Assembly: GCA_041946925.1 (NCBI GenBank)
Contig: JBHGBI010000007.1
Coordinates: 2,900 to 66,899, forward strand
Direction: 5' to 3'
DNA length: 64,000 nt
Origin: Syntrophales bacterium
GTDB lineage: Bacteria > Desulfobacterota > Syntrophia > Syntrophales > UBA4778
In this document: positions 58,179 to 64,000 of the stretch, piece after piece
Layout of the letters: the number at the start of each line of letters is the position of its first letter
How positions within the stretch are numbered: position 1 is the first letter of the stretch
The notes under the pieces: model-generated
The model's database searches: none
Told to the model about the DNA's origin: nothing
What the model saw: only the letters and a program-made list of their open reading frames with translations
Position numbers and translations under genes: made by a program

Positions 58179-58460
58179 CTGCGCCACCTCCTTGCTTATT
58201 ACTATAGTAAAAAAAGGAGCAGGTTTCAAGGATGAAAGGACCTCTTGAGGACACATTTCCCGTCCGCCGGGACGTTGAGCTAAGCAAATCGGCAATCAAA
58301 AATCAGGATTCCCCTAATATTAAAGGGACTGGAATCTGGTTATGCTTTAAATCAATTCTGCCGGCGCAAATTCAGACGACGGAAAGCTGTATTTGCGCCG
58401 CCTCCCGATAGCGACAATTCGGGATTAAATCAAAAATCTGATAAAAAGGAGGGTGCCGAA

Positions 58461-59144
58461 ATGAAAAAGCACATATTCCCTGCTATTATCATTGTCATTT
58501 TGCTCGCGTTTTCTTCCGTTTGCGCCGCCCAGGACAGAATGGGATCTTCCGGGCCGGGCCTTTATTTTGGCGTTTTCGGAGGGGGTGTGTTCCCCCTGGA
58601 CATGCAGATGTCCAATGATAATGCATCACTGCGAGACCTGGATCTGGGTAATGGCTGGACAGCCGGTGCAAAAGTCGGAGGACTTTTTCTGGACAAAGTA
58701 CTCGCTGTCGAGATCGAATACAATCATATTGCGGGTACAAATGCCGATAGTCAGTTCAGCCACACATTCAGCGGGACAAACATCAATGTTTCGGGAAAGG
58801 TTGCAATTGATTCCGTCTTCGTGAATTTCATTGCCCGATATCCTCACGGAAAAATCCATCCCTATATAGGGGTCGGTCCCGGCTGGTCCTGGTTCAAATT
58901 CAAGGATGCCAGCGCATCGTCGGTGCCCAACGCACTCGGTTTGTCAACAGCAACGAGCGATGACACTGATTCGACCTGGGCCGTTCAAGGGCTCGCCGGA
59001 GTAGAATTCGACATAGTGCGCAATGCCTCGTTTGTCCTCGGTTACAAGTACTATTATACAAAAGCGGACCTGGATTCGTTCAACCATACTGATGTCAAAT
59101 TCAAGTCGCATATTGTGACGGGCGGTTTCAATTTCTATTTCTGA
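58461..59144 (+). CDS. Outer-membrane beta-barrel protein (OmpW/opacity-porin-like)
   Basis: 227 aa. It has a signal peptide (MKKHIFPAIIIVILLAFSSVCAAQ), an alternating beta-strand pattern and a C-terminal aromatic signature (...GGFNFYF). A strong SD (AAAGGAGGG) is present. Confidence 0.8.
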   Translation: MKKHIFPAIIIVILLAFSSVCAAQDRMGSSGPGLYFGVFGGGVFPLDMQMSNDNASLRDLDLGNGWTAGAKVGGLFLDKVLAVEIEYNHIAGTNADSQFSHTFSGTNINVSGKVAIDSVFVNFIARYPHGKIHPYIGVGPGWSWFKFKDASASSVPNALGLSTATSDDTDSTWAVQGLAGVEFDIVRNASFVLGYKYYYTKADLDSFNHTDVKFKSHIVTGGFNFYF

Positions 59145-59203
59145 TTCGCGTCTGGACACACTATTTCAAAGATTCGGAGAGGCTGCTCTTACGGGGTCAA
59201 TAG

Positions 59204-59377
59204 CTCTGGATCACGCAAACCGACGGACATGGAACCCTCAAAGCGATCGCGGAGGGGGAAGTCCTAGATCCGGAAAGACACAGCCAGCGCGTCGATGTGA
59301 AGGCCGTTACTCTGCACCGCTTTCGCTTGGACAGGACAGAACATGGATGGGAGGCCACAGTCATTCTCGACATCTGA
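59204..59377 (+). pseudogene. Archease-like gene remnant (C-terminal ~57 codons only)
   Basis: Hand translation of the open frame, which has no start codon: LWITQTDGHGTLKAIAEGEVLDPERHSQRVDVKAVTLHRFRLDRTEHGWEATVILDI*. The ...GE..D...H...VKAVT.H.........W.A.V..DI ending matches my recollection of archease C-termini. In-frame TAG at 59201 and the OMP gene end (59144) leave no room for the ~85 missing N-terminal residues. Confidence 0.4.
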
Positions 59378-59638
59378 GGCAATATCCTCTGCGTATTCCG
59401 GCGGGTTGAATTCTACAAAGTTTGGAGAAGGAAGCTACAATTCATCTCAGTTTCCACGGCCGGCGGAAGTACCATCATCAGCGGGACTTGGCGGGAAAGC
59501 CATCGCTCCGTAATTACAAACAAAACATGATTCCATGCAGGCTGTCGGGCCGGGGAATGGTACATAATGTGCAAGCTGCATGTAGAACAGATGCCGTCCC
59601 CAGGTTCCTGAACGAGAAACGGACAAGAAAGGTGAATC

Positions 59639-59833
59639 ATGAGAGTAAGAGTAGATGAAGAAATCTGTGTCGGGTGTGAAGCATGCGCCGAGGCATGTCC
59701 CGAAATTTTCGAGATGAATGGAGAATTCGCCGTTCCGGTGATAGAAGATGATGTTCCTGAAGAACTTGAGGAAATTTGCCGGGAGACGGCGGACACCTGT
59801 CCTGTAGAATCCATTATTATCATGGAGGATTAG
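59639..59833 (+). CDS. Small ferredoxin (single [3Fe-4S]/[4Fe-4S]-type)
   Basis: 64 aa. MRVRVDEEICVGCEACAEACPEIF...CPVESI has the CxxCxxC...CP pattern of the Pyrococcus/Desulfovibrio-type ferredoxins. Confidence 0.85.
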   Translation: MRVRVDEEICVGCEACAEACPEIFEMNGEFAVPVIEDDVPEELEEICRETADTCPVESIIIMED

Positions 59834-60125
59834 CCGGATTTGACGGGCAGAGTTTTTTCAGGAGCCCGCTGATCCGCCAGGGGGATCGCTTATAGCTGAG
59901 ATTGGGGAACATAGTATTCAAAGATCGACGCAGAGTGATTACTGGATCGGTACTTCACCGAAACTGGAAGAAACACAGTCTGCCGTGAGCTTTGATTTAC
60001 ACTTCGGAAAGGGGATGTGTCGCTAATTTTGATTGCAAAAGTTTAATTTATATGGTTTTTTATATATCGAATGGGGCTTTTCTCAGTACCGGTGATTGTT
60101 TCAACGCCATCCTGAAAGCCGGAAC

Positions 60126-61142
60126 ATGTTTCTGAAAGAGGCTCTTCTATACAAGAAAGCCGAGGCCAATAAGGTATCCTGTTACCTCTGTAGTCATCGC
60201 TGTAGTATTCCCGACGGAGGGTTCGGCATATGCAATGTCCGGGAAAACCGGGGTGGTGTCCTGTACACACACGCATACGGAGAACTCATTGCCCGCAATA
60301 TCGATCCTATTGAGAAAAAACCCCTGTACCATTTTTATCCCGGCACTTACTCCTATTCCATTGCAGCAATCGGGTGCAATTTCAAGTGCGATTTTTGTCA
60401 GAACTGGCAGATATCTCAAGCCAGGGAAGCTGAAGAGCTGGGTCTTCGCTCCCAGGCGGTCAGGCCGGAAGATGTGATCAAGCAGGCAAAACAGACCGAC
60501 TCAAAAAGCATCTCCTATACCTATACTGAGCCCACGATTTTCTTCGAATATGCCCTGGAGATTTCACGGTTGGCCAAAAAAGAGGGGCTTGCCAATGTAT
60601 TTGTGACAAACGGGTATATGACGGCGGAGATGCTGCACATGATGGACGGCTATCTCAATGCGGCGAATGTAGACCTCAAATCTTTCCGCAAAGATTATTA
60701 CCGCAAAGTGTGCAAGGGCAATCTCGCGCCCGTGCTCGAGAATATCAGGACAATGCATAAATCGGGTATCTGGATCGAGATCACGACTCTGGTTGTTCCC
60801 GGCCTTAATGATTCAGAGCAGGAATTGCGGGAAATAGCCGATTTCATAGCAGGCGTCGACAGGACGATTCCCTGGCACGTCAGCCGCTTCCATCCTCAAT
60901 ACCGCATGGACGGAAGGCCGGCTACTCCCATGACTGTTCTGAATAGGGCTTATGAGATTGGCAAAGAAGCCGGCCTGCATTACGTTTACCTGGGCAATGT
61001 CTCGGGGAAAGGAAATCATACCTATTGTCACAAGTGCAGCCGGCTTCTGATTGAACGCAGCGGTTTTTCCGTTCGTAGATATGAAATAACGGAAGGGCGA
61101 TGCCCGCAGTGCGGTACCAGGGTGGAGGGTGTGGGACTCTAA
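60126..61142 (+). CDS. AmmeMemoRadiSam-system radical SAM enzyme (PFL-activase-like)
   Basis: ATG 60126; the longest ORF starts at TTG 60096. VSCYLCSHRCSIPDGGFGICNVRENRGG.LYTHAYG...DPIEKKPLYHFYPG...IGCNFKCDFCQNWQISQ is the family-typical N-terminus, including CxxxCxxC. Confidence 0.85.
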   Translation: MFLKEALLYKKAEANKVSCYLCSHRCSIPDGGFGICNVRENRGGVLYTHAYGELIARNIDPIEKKPLYHFYPGTYSYSIAAIGCNFKCDFCQNWQISQAREAEELGLRSQAVRPEDVIKQAKQTDSKSISYTYTEPTIFFEYALEISRLAKKEGLANVFVTNGYMTAEMLHMMDGYLNAANVDLKSFRKDYYRKVCKGNLAPVLENIRTMHKSGIWIEITTLVVPGLNDSEQELREIADFIAGVDRTIPWHVSRFHPQYRMDGRPATPMTVLNRAYEIGKEAGLHYVYLGNVSGKGNHTYCHKCSRLLIERSGFSVRRYEITEGRCPQCGTRVEGVGL

Positions 61143-61160
61143 CATAAGGAGGGTCGGAAA

Positions 61161-61268
61161 ATGAAGATCAGCAAAAGGACCTCTTTAAAAGGTCGCGCCA
61201 GAGAGCAAGAAGCAAAATTCTGGCGGATCATGCGTTCTGCAGGACCCGGCAGGCAATGTCTTAAGTGA
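61161..61268 (+). CDS. Candidate 35-aa ORF translationally coupled to the radical SAM/SPASM gene; not in the ORF track
   Basis: ATG 61161 is preceded by AAGGAGGG (61147-61154). Hand translation: MKISKRTSLKGRAREQEAKFWRIMRSAGPGRQCLK. The TGA (61266-61268) overlaps the GTG start (61265) of the downstream gene. Confidence 0.4.
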   Translation: MKISKRTSLKGRAREQEAKFWRIMRSAGPGRQCLK

Positions 61269-62338
61269 AAACAGTGAAAGGGAAAATAATTGCCGGTTCG
61301 GCAGTTAAGAAATTTGATTTTTTTATTCAGTGGCATCTCACGGAACGGTGCAACCTGCGTTGCCGTCACTGCTACCAGCAGGGGACGGACGCCGAGGAGA
61401 TGACCCCCGACAGAGTCAAAGAGGAAGTAGACGGGGCAACCGGGATGTTCCGGGCCTGGGAGGAGAATTACGGCATACAGGTGACCCCGTCTATTCATTT
61501 CACAGGCGGAGAGCCTCTTCTTTATCCGGGCATGTGGGATGTTGCGGCTTATTGCCGTGACAAGGGATATCAAGTCGCTCTTTTGACGAACGGCTGCCTG
61601 ATTACCGAAGAGGATTCAGTGAAAGCGTCTTCTCTCGGCGTGAGTGACATCCAGATCAGTCTAGAAGGACCTCGCCAGCTTCACGACGACATACGCGGGA
61701 AAGGGAGTTTTGCTTCGGCTCGAAGAGGTCTCGAAAAGCTGCTTAAGCGCGAAAACAGGGTCAGCGCCAACGTGACTCTTTCTCGTCTCAATTCAGATTA
61801 TATCGAGAAAACGGTGGAGACCGCCAGAAATACAGGGTTTCACCGGATCGGTTTTTCGAGAGTCGTGCCTTGCGGAAGGGGAAAAGCCTTCCTCCGGTAT
61901 CTGCTCCGCCCGGATGAATTGAAGGAAGCCTATAGCAGAATCCAATCATTGAACAGTCCTGCATTCCCCGTTTCGTCTCTGGATCCCCTGGCAGGGACTC
62001 TTCATTGCGACCCTGCCGGTTCCGCAGATGCGCTGACACTCGCTGGGTGCAGCGCGGGCTTTTCGGGCGTAACCGTCACCAGCGACGGTTCCGTCATGCC
62101 CTGCAGGCGCATCGGCCTCGTCGCGGGGAACTTGAAAAGTAATTCTCTCCGGTTCATCTGGGCTACCTCAGAGATCCTGTGGCGGTTGAGGACACGGGAA
62201 AGCTATAAGGGAAAATGCAACCGATGTGGCTACTGGTCCTCATGCCGGGGCTGCCGGGCAATAGCTTATCATTACTCGCTGGCGGATAACGGCGAAGGCG
62301 ACCTGTTTGCTGATGATCCCCAGTGCTGGCATGAATGA
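61265..62338 (+). CDS. Radical SAM / SPASM-domain protein
   Basis: 357 aa with the CxxxCxxC motif (TERCNLRCRHCYQQG), a GGEPLL motif and C-terminal auxiliary-cluster cysteines (GCSAG...MPCRR...CNRCGYWSSCRGCRA...DPQCW). Confidence 0.85.
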   Translation: MKTVKGKIIAGSAVKKFDFFIQWHLTERCNLRCRHCYQQGTDAEEMTPDRVKEEVDGATGMFRAWEENYGIQVTPSIHFTGGEPLLYPGMWDVAAYCRDKGYQVALLTNGCLITEEDSVKASSLGVSDIQISLEGPRQLHDDIRGKGSFASARRGLEKLLKRENRVSANVTLSRLNSDYIEKTVETARNTGFHRIGFSRVVPCGRGKAFLRYLLRPDELKEAYSRIQSLNSPAFPVSSLDPLAGTLHCDPAGSADALTLAGCSAGFSGVTVTSDGSVMPCRRIGLVAGNLKSNSLRFIWATSEILWRLRTRESYKGKCNRCGYWSSCRGCRAIAYHYSLADNGEGDLFADDPQCWHE

Positions 62339-62353
62339 AAAAAGAAGGGGGCA

Positions 62354-63820
62354 TCAATAAATATATGGAAAAAAAACAGGCGAATGCACGCCGGAAATGA
62401 ATTTTTCCAGCTTGGTGATGCCGTGAACCGGTTCCGGATATTCCAGGACATGGGGGTGCGTCTGAATATATCCTGTATCGAATCTCTCTTCCCGGAAATC
62501 CGAGTCCATACAGATCGCGCGATAGAAGGGGATGGTTGTTTTGGGACCGACAATGAGAAACAGGTCCAGTGCGCACTGGAGCCGCTGGACCGTCTGTTCC
62601 CAGTTGTATCCGCGGACGGTCATTTTGACCAGCAGTGAATCATATTCCGTGGGAATTCTGTAGCCCTGATAGATGATCCCGTCCAGCCGCACACCTGGTC
62701 CGCCGGGTGGAAGATATACGTCGATATTTTTTCCACCATCCGGCATGAAATTATTGAGCGGGTCCTCCGCATTGATCCTAACCTGAACGGCTTTTCCGCG
62801 AAGCTGAATCCGTTCGGCGGGTATTGTCAAGGGCTTTCCTTCGGCGATATTGATCTGCTCCCTGATGATATCGATATTGACCAATTCTTCCGTAACAGTA
62901 TGTTCCACCTGGAGACGGGTATTCATTTCCATGAACCAGAATTGATTCGTCTGGGGATCCACAAGAAACTCGACCGTTCCTGCATTGACGTAACCGACCT
63001 CCCGCGCTGCCCTGATTGCGGCGGCATACATGGCATCGAGCACCTCAGGCGGAAGAGCGGCCGGGGCCAGTTCCAGCAATTTTTGATGCCTCCTCTGGAT
63101 GGAACAATCTCGGGAACCAAGGTGAATGACATTCCCGTAATAGTCCGCCAGGATCTGGATTTCGACATGCCGGGGGGATTCGATGCACTTCTCCACATAA
63201 ATATTCTCATTTTTAAATGCCTTGCGGGCTTCGGCCCGCGCCCTTTTTACAGAATTGGCCAGTTCCGCCTGATTCTGAACTTTTCTGATTCCCCTGCCGC
63301 CGCCCCCCGCTGATGCCTTGATCATGATCGGATAGCCGTACTGATTGCCAAAGGAGATCGCCTCGCGAATCCCTTCTTCACCTGATGATAGATTATAAGT
63401 CCCGGGGATAAAGGGCAGATCAGCCCTTTTTACGATCTCCCTGGCCAGAACTTTTTCTCCCAGATTCCGTATGAGCTTTGGAGGAGGGCCGATAAAAATA
63501 ATTCCGGCCCGCTCGCATGCTGACGCGAAATCCGCATTTTCCGCCAGAAATCCGTAACCTGGATGAATCGCGTCGGCTCCTGTTTTGGTTGCCGCCCATA
63601 TCATTCTGTCGATATCCAGGTAATCTTTCCTGGGGCCGTCCCCGATCAAGACAGCTTCTTCCGCGATCCGGATATAATAAGCGTGCTGATCCGGTTTTTC
63701 ATAAACGACGACCGCCAGAAGCCCCATTTCCTTTACGGTCCTGAGGATCCGCAGGGCTATTTCACCGCGGTTCGCAATCAGTATTTTTTTAATCTTCCTT
63801 TTTACGGCCTTTATAGACAT
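62354..63820 (-). CDS. accC: Biotin carboxylase (acetyl-CoA carboxylase AccC / pyruvate-carboxylase subunit A type)
   Basis: 488 aa. Motifs: KKILIANRGEIALRILRTVKEMG, HPGYGFLAEN, the ATP-grasp motif GYPIMIKASAGGGGRGIR, and EMNTRLQVEHTVTE. Confidence 0.9.
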   Translation of the reverse strand: MSIKAVKRKIKKILIANRGEIALRILRTVKEMGLLAVVVYEKPDQHAYYIRIAEEAVLIGDGPRKDYLDIDRMIWAATKTGADAIHPGYGFLAENADFASACERAGIIFIGPPPKLIRNLGEKVLAREIVKRADLPFIPGTYNLSSGEEGIREAISFGNQYGYPIMIKASAGGGGRGIRKVQNQAELANSVKRARAEARKAFKNENIYVEKCIESPRHVEIQILADYYGNVIHLGSRDCSIQRRHQKLLELAPAALPPEVLDAMYAAAIRAAREVGYVNAGTVEFLVDPQTNQFWFMEMNTRLQVEHTVTEELVNIDIIREQINIAEGKPLTIPAERIQLRGKAVQVRINAEDPLNNFMPDGGKNIDVYLPPGGPGVRLDGIIYQGYRIPTEYDSLLVKMTVRGYNWEQTVQRLQCALDLFLIVGPKTTIPFYRAICMDSDFREERFDTGYIQTHPHVLEYPEPVHGITKLEKFISGVHSPVFFPYIY

Positions 63821-63831
63821 CTCTATCCACT

Positions 63832-64000
63832 CTACAGCCAGCTATAGGGGAAGAACTCGGCTGTATACATATCCATCAGGAACGTTTCCAGGTTTGCAAT
63901 CTCCTTGCCCGGATCCGGGTAATTGAAAATACCGGGATGTTTGTAAATATAACCGGTATCGATTCTGCCGGCGATAAAGTCAGGATCGTCGCATATCGCC
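63832..64000 (-). CDS. Second biotin-carboxylase paralogue, C-terminal fragment (5' end beyond window)
   Basis: Hand translation of the minus strand: ...AICDDPDFIAGRIDTGYIYKHPGIFNYPDPGKEIANLETFLMDMYTAEFFPYSWL*, with the stop (TAG) at 63832-63834. It parallels the C-terminus of the adjacent gene (AICMDSDFREERFDTGYIQTHP...FFPYIY). Confidence 0.7.
   Translation of the reverse strand, partial: AICDDPDFIAGRIDTGYIYKHPGIFNYPDPGKEIANLETFLMDMYTAEFFPYSWL

Noticed and set aside
59422-59658. A 78-aa plus-strand ORF running into the ferredoxin start.
   Set aside because: It has a TTG start and no SD. The translation is basic and low-complexity, and it overlaps the ferredoxin SD and start.

Overview
Everything here comes from reading the supplied translations and the raw sequence by eye. 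No BLAST, HMM or RNA-folding search was run, so all family assignments are motif-level and need confirmation.

The window looks like an origin-proximal chromosomal segment of an anaerobic, delta-proteobacterial-type (Desulfobacterota-like) bacterium; that placement is inferred from gene content only. It opens with dnaA (3' end), dnaN and gyrB. Most of the rest is housekeeping:
- gatCAB, mtnA, tatA and tatC, and a class A PBP
- an ilvBNCD operon with a previously untracked Ile/Leu/Val-rich leader peptide and attenuator
- mnmG, ybaK, gap, a thiolase and a biotin carboxylase

I found no rRNA, tRNA, CRISPR array, transposase or integrase.

The most interesting locus is a tightly packed ten-gene minus-strand operon at 9037-16380. 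It combines:
- a clear MglB/MglA (Roadblock plus Ras-like GTPase) pair
- a duplicated cassette of a Roadblock-like protein plus a ~60-aa helical protein, one copy fused to a PATAN/DUF4388 domain
- three uncharacterised proteins: an acidic 359-aa protein, a split zinc ribbon, and a TM/DUF3426-like protein
- an orphan GAF-T2SSE_N-PilB/GspE-type ATPase, with no pilus or secretion structural genes in the window

Secondary leads:
- a multi-PilZ protein translationally coupled to a V4R-like/GAF/PAS hybrid kinase
- a 1843-aa covalently duplicated UvrA
- a radical-SAM neighbourhood: an orphan AmmeMemoRadiSam enzyme, a ferredoxin, a SPASM enzyme and a coupled 35-aa ORF
- a B12-radical-SAM/Cys-cluster Fe-S pair
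- an archease gene remnant
- a small-ORF/nucleotidyltransferase pair
- tandem biotin-carboxylase paralogues
- a candidate oriC in the dnaA-dnaN spacer
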